64,000 nt of DNA from Eledone cirrhosa (taxonomy: Eukaryota): assembly GCA_964016885.1 (NCBI GenBank), contig OZ024741.1:262632001-262696000 (forward strand). Direction: 5' to 3'. This document shows, one piece after another, positions 42,827 to 56,229 of the stretch. Within the stretch, counting starts at the first letter, position 1; each line of letters starts with the position of its first letter. The position numbers were made by a program, and so were the translations under genes. Below the pieces are notes generated by a model. That model saw only the letters and a list, made by a program, of their open reading frames with translations. It did no database searches and was not told the DNA's origin.

Positions 42827-43599
42827 GTTTCGCTTTACGAGTGTTTCGACTTACGAGTGTTTCGACATACGAGTGTTAAGGTTTACGAGTGTTTTGATTT
42901 ACGAGTGTTTTGACTTACGGGTGCTTCGACTTACGCGTGTTTCGACTTACGAGTGTTTCGACTTACGAGTGTTTCGACTTACGAGTGTTTCGGCTTACGA
43001 GTGTTTTGACTTACGAGTGTTTCGGCTGGCGAGTGTTTCGACTTACGAGTGTTTTGACTTAAGGGTGTTTCGACTTACGAGTGTTTCGACTTACGAGTGT
43101 TTCGACTTACGAGTGTTTCGACTTACGAGTGTTCTGACTTACGAGTGTTCCGACTTACGAGTGTCTCGGCTTACGAGTGTTTCGATACGAGTGTTTCGAC
43201 TTACGAGTGTTTCGGCTTACGAGTGTTTCGACTTACGAGTGTTTCGACTTACAATTGTTCTGATTTACGGATGTTTCGACATACGAGTGTTTCGACTTAC
43301 GAGTGTTTCGACATACGAGTGTTCCGACTTACGGGTGTTTCGACTTACGAGTGTTTTGGCTTACGGTGTTTCGACTTACGAGTGTTTCGGCTTACGAGTG
43401 TTTTGACTTAAGGGTGTTTCGACTTACGAGTGTTCTGATTTACGGATGTTTCGACGTACGAGTGTTTCGACTTACGAGTGTTTCGACTTACGAGTGTTTC
43501 GGCTTACGAGTGTTTCGACTTACGAGTGTTTCGACTTACGAGTGTTCTGATTTACGGATGTTTCGACATACGAGTGTTTCGACTTACGAGTGTTTCGAC

Positions 43600-46500
43600 T
43601 TACGAGTGTTTTGACTTACGTGTGTTTTGACATACGAGTGTTTCGATACGAGTGTTTCGACTTACGAGTGTTCTGACTTACGATTGTTCTGACTTACGAG
43701 CGTTCTGACTTACGAGTGTTTCGGCTTACGAGTGTTTCGGCTTACGAGTGTTTCGACTTACGAGTGTTTCGACTTACGAGTGTTCCGACTTACGGGTGTT
43801 TCGACTTACGAGTGTTTTGGCTTACGGTGTTTCGACTTACGAGTGTTTCGAGTTAAGAGTGTTTTGACTTACGCGTGTTTTGACATACAAGTGTTCTGAC
43901 TTACGAGTGTTCTGACTTACGAGTGTTCTGACTTACGAGTGTTCTGACTTACGAGTGTTCTGATTTACGGATGTTTCGAATTATGAGTGTTTCGACTACG
44001 AGTGTTTCGACTTACGAGTGTTTCGACTACGAGTGTTTCGACTTACGAGTGTTCTGACTTACGAGTGTTCTGACTTACGGGTGTTCTGACTTACGAGTGT
44101 TCCGACTTACGAGTGTTTCGGCTTATGAGTGTTTCGACTACGAGTGTTTCGACTTACGAATGTTTTTGCTTACGAGTGTTTCGACTTACGAATGTTTTTG
44201 CTTACGAATGTTTTTGCTTACGAGTGTTCTGACTTACGAGTGTTTTGACTTACGAGTGTTCCGACTTAAGAGTGTTTTGGTTTACGTGTGTTTCGACTTA
44301 CGAATGTTTCGGCTTACGAGTGTTTCGACTTACGAGTGTTCCGACCTACGAGTGTTTCGGATACGGATGTTCCGACTTACGAGTATTTTCGGCTTACGAG
44401 TGTTTTGACTTACGATTGTTTTGACTTACGATTGTTTCGGCTTACGAGTGTTTCGACTTACGAGTGTTTCGATTTACGAGTGTTTTGACTTACGGGTGTT
44501 TCGACTTACGAGTGTTTTGGTTTACGTGTGTTTCGACTTACGAATGTTTCGGCTTACGAGTGTTTCGACTTACGAGTGTTTCGACTTACGGTTGTTCTGA
44601 CTTACGGGTATTCCGACTTACGAGTGATTTGGCATACGAGTGTTTCGACTTACGAGTGTTTTCGGCTTACGAGTGTTTCGACTTACGAGTGTTTTGACTT
44701 ACGATTGTTTCGGATTACGAGTGTTTCGACTTACGAGTGTTTCGGCTTACGAGTGTTTCGGCTTACGAGTGTTTTGACTTAAGGGTGTTTCGACGAGTGT
44801 TTCGATACGAGTGTTTCGACTTACGGGTGTTCTGACTTACGAGTGTTCTGATTTACGGATGTTTCGAATTATGAGTGTTTCGACTACGAGTGTTTCGACT
44901 TACGAGTGTTCTGACTTACGAGTGTTCTGACTTACGGGTGTTCTGACTTACGAGTGTTCCGACTTACGAGTGTTTCGGCTTATGAGTGTTTCGGCTTACG
45001 AGCGTTTCGACTACGAGTGTTTCGACTTACGAATGTTTTTGCTAACGAGTGTTTCGACTTACGAATGTTTTTGCTTACGAGTGTTTCGGCTTACGAGCGT
45101 TTCGACTTACAAGTGTTTTGAATTACGAGTGTTTTGACTTACGGTGTTTCGGCTTACGAGTGTTTCGACATACGAGTGTTTTGACTTACCGCTGTTTCGA
45201 CTTACGGGTGTTTCGACTTACGAGAGTTTCGACTTACGAGTGTTCTGACTTACGAGTGTTCTGACTTACGAGTGTTCCGACTTGCGAGTGTTTCGGCTTA
45301 CGAGTGTTTCGACATGCGAGTTTTTTTACTTACGAGTGTTTTGGGTTACGTGTGTTTCGACTTACGAGTGTTTCGACTTACGAGTGTTTCGACTTACGAG
45401 TGTTTTGACTTGCGGGTGTTTCGACTTACGAGTGTTTTGGTTTACGTGTGTTTCGACTTACGAATGTTTCGGCTTACGAGTGTTTCGACTTACGAGTGTT
45501 CCGACCTACGAGTGTTTCGGCTACGGATGTTCCGACTTACGAGTATTTTCGGCTTACGAGTGTTTTGACTTACGATTGTTTTGACTTACGGGTATTTCGG
45601 CTTACGAGTGTTTCGACTTACGAGTGTTCTAACTTACGGGTGTTCTGACTTACGAGTGTTCCGACTTACGAGTGTTTCGACTTATGAGTGTTTCGGCTTA
45701 CGAGCGTTTCGACTACGAGTGTTCTAACTTACGAGTGTTCTGACTTACGAGTGTTTCGGCTTACGAGTGTTTCGGCTTACGTGTGTTTCGGCTTACGAGT
45801 GTTTCGACTTACGAGTGTTTTGACTTACGGTGTTTCGGCTTACGAATGTTTTGACTTACGTGTGTTTTGACATACGAGTGTTTCGACTTACGAGTGTTTT
45901 GACTTACGTGTGTTTTGACATACGAGTGTTTCGATACGAGTGTTTCGTCTTACGAGTGTTCTGACTTACGATTGTTCTGACTTACGAGCGTTCTGACTTA
46001 CGAGTGTTTCGGCTTACGAGTGTTTCGGCTTACGAGTGTTTCGACTTACGAGTGTTTCGACTTACGAGTGTTCCGACTTACGGGTGTTTCGACTTACGAG
46101 TGTTTTGGCTTACGGTGTTTCGACTTACGAGTGTTTCGAGTTAAGAGTGTTTTGACTTACGCGTGTTTTGACATACGAGTTTTCTGACTTACGAGTGTTC
46201 TGACTTACGAGTGTTCTGACTTACGAGTGTTCTGACTTACGAGTGTTCTGATTTACGGATGTTTCGAATTGTGAGTGTTTCGACTACGAGTGTTTCGACT
46301 TACGAGTGTTTCGACTACGAGTGTTTCGACTTACGAGTGTTCTGACTTACGAGTGTTCTGACTTACGGGTGTTCTGACTTACGAGTGTTCCGACTTACGA
46401 GTGTTTCGGCTTATGAGTGTTTCGACTACGAGTGTTTCGACTTACGAATGTTTTTGCTTACGAGTGTTTCGACTTACGAATGTTTTTGCTTACGAATGTT

Positions 46501-46980
46501 TTTGCTTACGAGTGTTCTGACTTACGAGTGTTTTGACTTACGAGTGTTCCGACTTAAGAGTGTTTTGGTTTACGTGTGTTTCGACTTACGAATGTTTCGG
46601 CTTACGAGTGTTTCGACTTACGAGTGTTCCGACCTACGAGTGTTTCGGATAGGGATGTTCCGACTTACGAGTATTTTCGGCTTACGAGTGTTTTGACTTA
46701 CGATTGTTTTGACTTACGATTGTTTCGGCTTACGAGTGTTTCGACTTACGAGTGTTTCGATTTACGAGTGTTTTGAATTACGGGTGTTTCGACTTACGAG
46801 TGTTTTGGTTTACGTGTGTTTCGACTTACGAATGTTTCGGCTTACGAGTGTTTCGACTTACGAGTGTTTCGACTTACGGTTGTTCTGACTTACGGGTATT
46901 CCGACTTACGAGTGATTTGGCATACGAGTGTTTCGACTTACGAGTGTTTTCGGCTTACGAGTGTTTCGACTTACGAGTGT
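43600..46980 (+). repeat. 2,288-bp-offset duplication
   Basis: 44097/46385, 44288/46576, 44464/46752. It is repeated in the second copy at 57500/59788. Confidence 0.8.
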
Positions 46981-47461
46981 TTTGACTTAAGGGTGTTTCG
47001 ACGAGTGTTTCGATACGAGTGTTTCGACTTACGGGTGTTCTGACTTACGAGTGTTCTGATTTACGGATGTTTCGAATTATGAGTGTTTCGACTACGAGTG
47101 TTTCGACTTACGAGTGTTTCGACTACGAGTGTTTCGACTTACGAGTGTTCTGACTTACGAGTGTTCTGACTTACGAGTGTTTCGGCTTACGAGTGTTTCG
47201 GCTTACGTGTGTTTCGGCTTACGAGTGTTTCGACTTACGAGTGTTTTGACTTACGGTGTTTCGGCTTACGAATGTTTTGACTTACGAGTGTTTTGACTTA
47301 CGGGTGTTTTGACATACGAGTGTTTCGATACGAGTGTTTCGACTTACGAGTGTTCTGACTTACGAGTGTTCTGACTTACGAGTGTTCTGACTTACGAGTG
47401 TTCCGACTTACGAGTGTTTCGGCTCACGAGTGTTTCGGCTTACGAGTGTTTCGACTTACGA

Positions 47462-47530
47462 AAATAACAAATAGACGCGGTTTCAAATCTCTATGCTTTT
47501 CAAGTTCATTACATTAATCTTTATTTATAC
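47462..47530. repeat. 69-bp AT-rich element, copy 8 (subtype D, CAAGTTCATTAC)
   Basis: Matches subtype B with one A>G change. Confidence 0.95.
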
Positions 47531-50500
47531 GTTTCGCTTTACGAATGTTTCGACTTACGAGTGTTTCGACTTACGAGTGTTTCGGCATACGAGTGTTTTG
47601 ACTTACGAGTGTTTCGACGTACGAGTGTTTTGACTTGCGGGTGTTTCGACTTACGAGTGTTTTGGTTTACGTGTGTTTCGACTTACGAATGTTTCGGTTT
47701 ACGAGTGTTTCGACTTACGAGTGTTCCGACCTACGAGTGTTTCGGCTACGGATGTTCCGACTTACGAGTATTTTCGGCTTACGAGTGTTTTGACTTACGA
47801 TTGTTTTGACGTACGATTGTTTCGGCTTACGAGTGTTTCGACTTACGAGTGTTTCGATTTACGAGTCTTTTGACTTAAGAATGTTTTGACTTACGGGTGT
47901 TTCGGCTTATGAGTGTTTCGACTTACGAGTGTTTTGACTTATGAGTGTTTTGACTTAAGGGTGTTTCGACGAGTGTTTCGATACGAGTGTTTCGACTTAC
48001 GGGTGTTCTGACTTACAAGTGTTCTGATTTACGGATGTTTCGAATTATGAGTGTTTCGACTACGAGTGTTTCGACTTACGAGTGTTTCGACTACGAGTGT
48101 TTCGACTTACGAGTGTTCTGACTTACGAGTGTTCTGACTTACGGGTGTTCTGACTTACGAGTGTTCCGACTTACGAGTGTTTCGGCTTATGAGTGTTTCG
48201 GCTTACGAGCGTTTCGACTACGAGTGTTTCGACTTACGAATGTTTTTGCTAACGAGTGTTTCGACTTACGAATTTTTTTGCTTACGAGTGTTTCGGCTTA
48301 CGAGTGTTTCGACTTACAAGTGTTTCGAATTACGAGTGTTTTGACTTACGGTGTTTCGGCTTACGAGTGTTTCGACATACGAGTGTTTTGACTTACCGCT
48401 GTTTCGACTTACGGGTGTTTCGACTTACGAGAGTTTCGACTTACGAGTGTTCTGACTTACGAGTGTTCTGACTTACGAGTGTTCCGACTTGCGAGTGTTT
48501 CGGCTTACGAGTGTTTCGACATGCGAGTTTTTTTACTTACGAGTGTTTTCGTTTACGTGTGTTTCGACTTACGAGTGTTTCGACTTACGAGTGTTTCGAC
48601 GTACGAGTGTTCCGACCTACGAGTGTTTCGGCTACGGATGTTCCGACTTACGAGTATTTTCGGCTTACGAGTGTTTTGACTTACGATTGTTTTGACTTAC
48701 GGGTATTTCGGCTTACGAGTGTTTCGACTTACGAGTGTTTCGACTTACGAGTGTTTTGACTTACGGGTGTTTCGACTTACGAGTGTTTTGGTTTACGTGT
48801 GTTTCGACTTACGAATGTTTCGGCTTACGAGTGTTTCGACTTACGAGTGTTTTGACTTACGGGTGTTTCGACTTACGAGTGTTTTGACTTACGGGTGTTT
48901 CGACTTACGAGTGTTTTGGTTTACGTATGTTTCAACTTACGAATGTTTCGGCTCACGAGTGTTATGACTTACGAGTGTTTAAACTTACGAGTGTTTTGAC
49001 TTACGGGTGTTTCGACTTACGAGTGTTTTGGCGTACGAGTGTTTCGACTTACGAGTGTTTCGACTTACGGGTGTTTTGACTTACGGGTGTTTCGGCTTAC
49101 GAGTGTCTCGACTTACGAGTGTTTTGACTAAAGGGTGTTTCGACTTACGAGTGTTTCGACTTACGAGTGTTCCGACTTACGGGTGTTTTGACTTACGTGT
49201 GTTTTGACTTACGAGTGTTTCGACTTACGAGTGTTTTGACTTACGTGTGTTTTGACATACGAGTGTTTCGATACGAGTGTTTCGACTTACGAGTGTTCTG
49301 ACTTACGATTGTTCTGACTTACGAGCGTTCTGACTTACGAGTGTTTCGGCTTACGAGTGTTTCGGCTTACGAGTGGTTCGACTTACGAGTGTTTCGACTT
49401 ACGAGTGTTCCGACTTACGGGTGTTTCGACTTACGAGTGTTTTGGCTTACGGTGTTTCGACTTACGAGTGTTTCGAGTTAAGAGTGTTTTGACTTACGCG
49501 TGTTTTGACATACGAGTGTTCTGACTTACGAGTTTTCTGACTTACGAGTGTTCTGACTTACGAGTGTTCTGATTTACGGATGTTTCGAATTATGAGTGTT
49601 TCGACTACGAGTGTTTCGACTTACGAGTGTTTCGACTACGAGTGTTTCGACTTCCGAGTGTTCTGACTTACGAGTGTTCTGACTTACGGGTGTTCTGACT
49701 TACGAGTGTTCCGACTTACGAATGTTTTTGCTTACGAGTGTTTCGACTTACGAATGTTTTTGCTTACGAATGTTTTTGCTTACGAGTGTTCTGACTTGCG
49801 AGTGTTTTGACTTACGAGTGTTCCGACTTACGAGTGTTTTGGTTTACGTGTGTTTCGACTTACGAATGTTTCGGCTTACGAGTGTTTCGACTTACGAGTG
49901 TTCCGACCTACGAGTGTTTCGGATACGGATGTTCCGACTTACGAGTATTTTCGGCTTACGAGTGTTTTGACTGACGATTGTTTTGACTTACGATTGTTTC
50001 GGCTTACGAGTGTTTCGACTTACGAGTGTTTCGATTTACGAGTGTTTTGACTTACGGGTGTTTCGACTTACGAGTGTTTTGGTTTACGTGTGTTTCGACT
50101 TACGAATGTTTCGGCTTACGAGTGTTTCGACTTACGAGTGTTTCGACTTACGGTGTTTCGGTTTACGCGTGTTTCGACTTACGAGTGATTTGGCATACGA
50201 GTGTTTCGACTTACGAGTGTTTTCGGCTTACGAGTGTTTCGACTTACGAGTGTTTTGACTTACGATTGTTTCGGATTACGAGTGTTTCGACTTACGAGTG
50301 TTTCGGCTTACGAGTGTTTCGGCTTACGAGTGTTTTGACTTAAGGGTGTTTCGACGAGTGTTTCGATACGAGTGTTTCGACTTACGGGTGTTCTGACTTA
50401 CGAGTGTTCTGATTTACGGATGTTTCGAATTATGAGTGTTTCGACTACGAGTGTTTCGACTTACGAGTGTTTCGACTACGAGTGTTTCGACTTACGAGTG

Positions 50501-50846
50501 TTCTGACTTACGAGTGTTCTGACTTACGAGTGTTCTGACTTACGAGTGTTCCGACTTACGAGTGTTTCGGCTCACGAGTGTTTCGGCTTACGTGTGTTTC
50601 GGCTTACGAGTGTTTCGACTTACGAGTGTTTTGACTTACGGTGTTTCGGCTTACGAATGTTTTGACTTACGAGTGTTTTGACTTACGGGTGTTTTGACAT
50701 ACGAGTGTTTCGATACGAGTGTTTCGACTTACGAGTGTTCTGACTTACGAGTGTTCTGACTTACGAGTGTTCTGACTTACGAGTGTTCCGACTTACGAGT
50801 GTTTCGGCTCACGAGTGTTTCGGCTTACGAGTGTTTCGACTTACGA

Positions 50847-50915
50847 AAATAACAAATAGACGCGGTTTCACATCTCTATGCTTTTCAAGTTCATTACATT
50901 AATCTTTATTTATAC
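50847..50915. repeat. 69-bp AT-rich element, copy 9 (subtype D with private TTTCACATCT)
   Basis: Matches copy 8 with one further substitution. Confidence 0.95.
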
Positions 50916-53900
50916 GTTTCGCTTTACGAATGTTTCGACTTACGAGTGTTTCGACTTACGAGTGTTTCGGCATACGAGTGTTTTGACTTACGAGATTTTT
51001 TACTTACGGGTGTTTCGACTTACGCGTGTTTCGGCTTACGAATGTTTTGACTTACGAGTGTTTTGACTTACGGGTGTTTTGACATGCGAGTGTTTCGATA
51101 CGAGTGTTTCGACTTACGAGCGTTCTGACTTACGAGTGTTTTGTCTTACGATTGTTTCGGCTTACGAGTGTTTCGACTTACGAGTGTTTTGACTTACGGT
51201 GTTTCGGTTTACGCGTGTTTCGACTTACGAGTGTTTTGACTTACGGGTGTTTTGACATACGAGTGTTTCGATACGAGTGTTCTGACTTACGAGTGTTCTG
51301 ACTTACGAGTGTTCTAACTTACGGGTGTTCTGACTTACGAGTGTTCCGACTTACGAGTGTTTCGACTTATGAGTGTTTCGGCTTACGAGCGTTTCGACTA
51401 CGAGTGTTTCGACTTACGAATGTTTTTGCTTACGAGTGTTTCGACTTACGAATGTTTTTGCTTACGAATGTTTTTGCTTACGAGTGTTCCGACTTACGAG
51501 TGTTTTGGTTTACGTGTGTTTCGACTTACGAATGTTTCGGCTTACGAGTGTTTCGACTTACGAGTGTTCCGACCTACGAGTGTTTCGGCTACGGATGTTC
51601 CGACTTACGAGTATTTTCGGCTTACGAGTGTTTTGACTTACGATTGTTTTGACTTACGAGTGTTTCGATTTACGAGTGTTTTGACTTAAGAATATTTTGA
51701 CTTACGGGTGTTTCGGCTTACGAGTGTTTCGACTTACGAGTGTTTTGACTTACGGGTGTTTCGACTTACGAGTGTTTTGGTTTACGTGTATTTCGACTTA
51801 CGAATGTTTCGGCTTACGAGTGTTTCGACTTACGAGTGTTTCGACTTACGAGTGTTTTGACTTAAGATTGTTTCGGCTTACGAGTGTTTCGACTTACGAG
51901 TGTTTCGGCTTATGAGTGTTTTGACTTAAGGGTGTTTCGACGAGTGTTTCGATACGAGTGTTTCGAATTACGGGTGTTCTGACTTACGAGTGTTCTGATT
52001 TACGGATGTTTCGAATTATGAGTGTTTCGACTAAGAGTGTTTCGACTTACGAGTGTTTCGACTACGAGTTTTTCGACTTACGAGTGTTCTGACTTACGAG
52101 TGTTCTGACTTACGGGTGTTCTGACTTACGAGTGTTCCGACTTACGAGTGTTTCGTCTTATGAGTGTTTCGGCTTACGAGCGTTTCGACTACGAGTGTTT
52201 CGACTTACGAATGTTTTTGCTAACGAGTGTTTCGACTTACGAATGTTTTTGCTTACGAGTGTTTCGGCTTACGAGTGTTTCGACTTACGAGTGTTTTGAC
52301 TTACCGGTGTTTCGACTTACGGGTGTTTCGACTTACGAGAGTTTCGACTTACGAGTGTTCTGACTTACGAGTGTTCTGACTACGAGTGTTCCGACTTGCG
52401 AGTGTTTCGGCTTACGAGTATTTCGACATGCGAGTTTTTTGACTTACGGATGTTTCGACTTACGGGTGTTTCGACTCACGAGTGTTTCTACTTACGAGTT
52501 TTTCGACTTACGAGTGTTCCGACTTACGAGTGTTTTGACTTACGATTGTTCCGACTTACGAGTGTTTCGGCTTACGAGTGTTTCGGCTCACGAGTGTTTC
52601 GACTTACGAGTGTTCCGACTTACGAGTGTTTCGGCTACGGATGTTCCGACTTACGAGTATTTTCGGCTGACGAGTGTTTTGACTTACGATTGTTTTGACT
52701 TAGGGGTATTTCGGCTTACGAGTGTTTCGACTTACGGTTGTTCTGACTTACGGGTATTCCGACTTACGAGTGATTTGGCATACGAGTGTTTCGACTTACG
52801 AGTGTTTTCGGCTTACGAGTGTTTCGACTTACGAGTGTTTTGACTTACGATTGTTTCGGCTTACGAGTGTTTCGACTTACGAGTGTTTCGGCTTACGAGT
52901 GTTTCGTCTTATGAGTGTTTTGACTTAAGGGTGTTTCGACGAGTGTTTCGATACGAGTGTTTCGACTTACGGGTGTTCTGACTTACGAGTGTTCTGATTT
53001 ACGGATGTTTCGAATTATGAGTGTTTCGACTACGAGTGTTTCGACTTACGAGTGTTTCGACTACGAGTGTTTCGACTTACGAGTGTTCTGACTTACGAGT
53101 GTTCTGACTTACGGGTGTTCTGACTTACGAGTGTTCCGACTTACGAGTGTTTCGGCTTATGAGTGTTTCGGCTTACGAGCGTTTCGACTACGAGTGTTTC
53201 GACTTACGAATGTTTTTGCTAACGAGTGTTTCGACTTACGAATGTTTTTGCTTACGAGTGTTTCGGCTTACGAGTGTTTCGACTTACAAGTGTTTCGAAT
53301 TACGAGTGTTTTGACTTACGGTGTTTCGGCTTACGAGTCTTTCGACATACGAGTGTTTTGACTTACCGCTGTTTCGACTTACGGGTGTTTCGACTTACGA
53401 GAGTTTCGACTTACGAGTGTTCTGACTTACGAGTGTTCTGACTTACGAGTGTTCCGACTTGCGAGTGTTTCGGCTTACGAGTGTTTCGACATGCGAGTTT
53501 TTTTACTTACGGATGTTTCGACTTACGGGTGTTTCGACTCACGAGTGTTTCTACTTACGAGTGTTTCGACTTACGAGTGTTCCGACTTACGAGTGTTTTG
53601 ACTTACGAGTGTTCCGACTTACGAGTGTTTCGGCTTACGAGTGTTTCGGCTCACGAGTGTTTCGACTTACGAGTGTTCCGACTTACGAGTGTTTCGGCTA
53701 CGGATGTTCCGACTTACGAGTATTTTCGGCTTACGAGTGTTTTGACTTACGATTGTTTTGACTTACGGGTATTTCGTCTTACGAGTGTTTCGACTTACGA
53801 GTGTTTCGACTTACGAGTGTTTTGACTTACGGGTGTTTCGACTTACGAGTGTTTTGGTTTACGTGTGTTTCGACTTACGAATGTTTCGGCTTACGAGTGT

Positions 53901-54691
53901 TTTGACTTACGAGTGTTTTGACTTACGTGTGTTTCGACTTACGAGTGTTTTGGTTTACGTGTGTTTCGACTTACGAATGTTTCGGCTTACGAGTGTTTCG
54001 ACTTACGAGTGTTTAAACTTACGAGTGTTTTGACTTACGGGTGTTTCGACTTACGAGTGTTTTGGCGTACGAGTGTTTCGACTTACGAGTGTTTCGACTT
54101 ACGGGTGTTTTGACTTACGGGTGTTTCGGCTTACGAGTGTTTCGACTTACGAGTGTTTTGCCTTAAGGGTGTTTCGACTTACGAGTGTTTCGACTTACGA
54201 GTGTTTCGACTTACGAGTGTTTCGGATTACGAGTGTTTTGACTTGAGGGTTTTCGACTTACGAGTGTTTCGATACGAGTGTTTCGACTTACGAGTGTTCT
54301 GACTTACGAGTGTTCTGACTTACGAGTGTTCTGACTTACAAGTGTTCATACTTACGAGTGTTCCGACTTACGAGTGTTCCGACTTACGAGTGTTTCGGCT
54401 TACGAGTGTTTCGGCTTACGAGTGTTTCGACTTACGAGTGTTTCGACTTACGAGTGTTCCGACTTACGGGTGTTTCGACTTACGAGTGTTTTGGTTTACG
54501 GTGTTTCGGCTTACGAGTGTTTTGACTTACGCGTGTTTTGACATACGAGTGTTTCGATACGAGTGTTCTGACTTACGAGTGTTCTGACTTACGAGTGTTC
54601 TGACTTACGAGTGTTCTGACTTACGAGTGTTCCGACTTTACGAGTGTTTCGGCTCACGAGTGTTTCGGCTTACGAGTGTTTCGACTTACGA

Positions 54692-54760
54692 AAATAACAA
54701 ATAGACGCGGTTTCAAATCTCTATGCTTTTCAAATTAATTACATTAATCTTTATTTATAC
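54692..54760. repeat. 69-bp AT-rich element, copy 10 (subtype A)
   Basis: Direct sequence match to copy 1. Confidence 0.95.
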
Positions 54761-56160
54761 GTTTCGCTTTACGAGTGTTTCGACTTACGAGTGTTTCGAC
54801 ATACGAGTGTTAAGGTTTACGAGTGTTTTGATTTACGAGTGTTTTGACTTACGGGTGCTTCGACTTACGCGTGTTTCGACTTACGAGTGTTTCGACTTAC
54901 GAGTGTTTCGACTTACGAGTGTTTCGGCTTACGAGTGTTTTGACTTACGAGTGTTTCGGCTGGCGAGTGTTTCGACTTACGAGTGTTTTGACTTAAGGGT
55001 GTTTCGACTTACGAGTGTTTCGACTTACGAGTGTTTCGACTTACGAGTGTTTCGACTTACGAGTGTTCTGACTTACGAGTGTTCCGACTTACGAGTGTCT
55101 CGGCTTACGAGTGTTTCGATACGAGTGTTTCGACTTACGAGTGTTTCGGCTTACGAGTGTTTCGACTTACGAGTGTTTCGACTTACAAGTGTTCTGATTT
55201 ACGGATGTTTCGACATACGAGTGTTTCGTCTTACGAGTGTTTCGACATACGAGTGTTCCGACTTACGGGTGTTTCGACTTACGAGTGTTTCGGCTTACGA
55301 GTGTTTTGACTTAAGGGTGTTTCGACTTACGAGTGTTCTGATTTACGGATGTTTCGACGTACGAGTGTTTCGACTTACGAGTGTTTCTACTTACGAGTGT
55401 TTCGGCTTACGAGTGTTTCGACTTACGAGTGTTTCGACTTACGAGTGTTCTGATTTACGGATGTTTCGACATACGAGTGTTTCGACTTACGAGTGTTTCG
55501 ACTTACGAGTGTTTTGACTTACGTGTGTTTTGACATACGAGTGTTTCGATACGAGTGTTTCGACTTACGAGTGTTCTGACTTACGATTGTTCTGACTTAC
55601 GAGCGTTCTGACTTACGAGTGTTTCGGCTTACGAGTGTTTCGGCTTACGAGTGTTTCGACTTACGAGTGTTTCGACTTACGAGTGTTCCGACTTACGGGT
55701 GTTTCGACTTACGAGTGTTTTGGCTTACGGTGTTTCGACTTACGAGTGTTTCGAGTTAAGAGTGATTTGACTTACGCGTGTTTTGACATACGAGTGTTCT
55801 GACTTACGAGTGTTCTGACTTACGAGTGTTCTGACTTACGAGTGTTCTGACTTACGAGTGTTCCGACTTTACGAGTGTTTCGGCTCACGAATGTTTCGGC
55901 TTACGAGTGTTTCGACTTACGAGTGTTTCGACTTACGAGTGTTCCGACTTACGGGTGTTTCGACTTACGAGTGTTTTGGTTTACGGTGTTTCGGCTTACG
56001 AGTGTTTTGACTTACGCGTGTTTTGACATACGAGTGTTTCGATACGAGTGTTCTGACTTACGAGTGTTCTGACTTACGAGTGTTCTGACTTACGAGTGTT
56101 CCGACTTTACGAGTGTTTCGGCTCACGAGTGTTTCGGCTTACGAGTGTTTCGACTTACGA

Positions 56161-56229
56161 AAATAACAAATAGACGCGGTTTCAAATCTCTATGCTTTTC
56201 AAATTAATTACATTAATCTTTATTTATAC
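56161..56229. repeat. 69-bp AT-rich element, copy 11 (subtype A)
   Basis: Direct sequence match to copy 1. Confidence 0.95.

Larger units (their letters stand above)
39050..43045 (+). repeat. 2,768-bp-offset duplication that includes one AT-rich element
   Basis: 39072/41840, 39640/42408, 40021/42789. Confidence 0.8.

Noticed and set aside
54723-55517. MLFKLITLIFIYTF... ORFs (up to 264 aa) resembling a signal peptide plus a repeat protein
   Set aside because: The hydrophobic N-terminus follows from T-rich codons in the 69-bp element. ORF length varies widely between copies (under 60 to 264 aa), with no conserved stop or frame. RNA-seq or Ribo-seq evidence would be needed to revive this.
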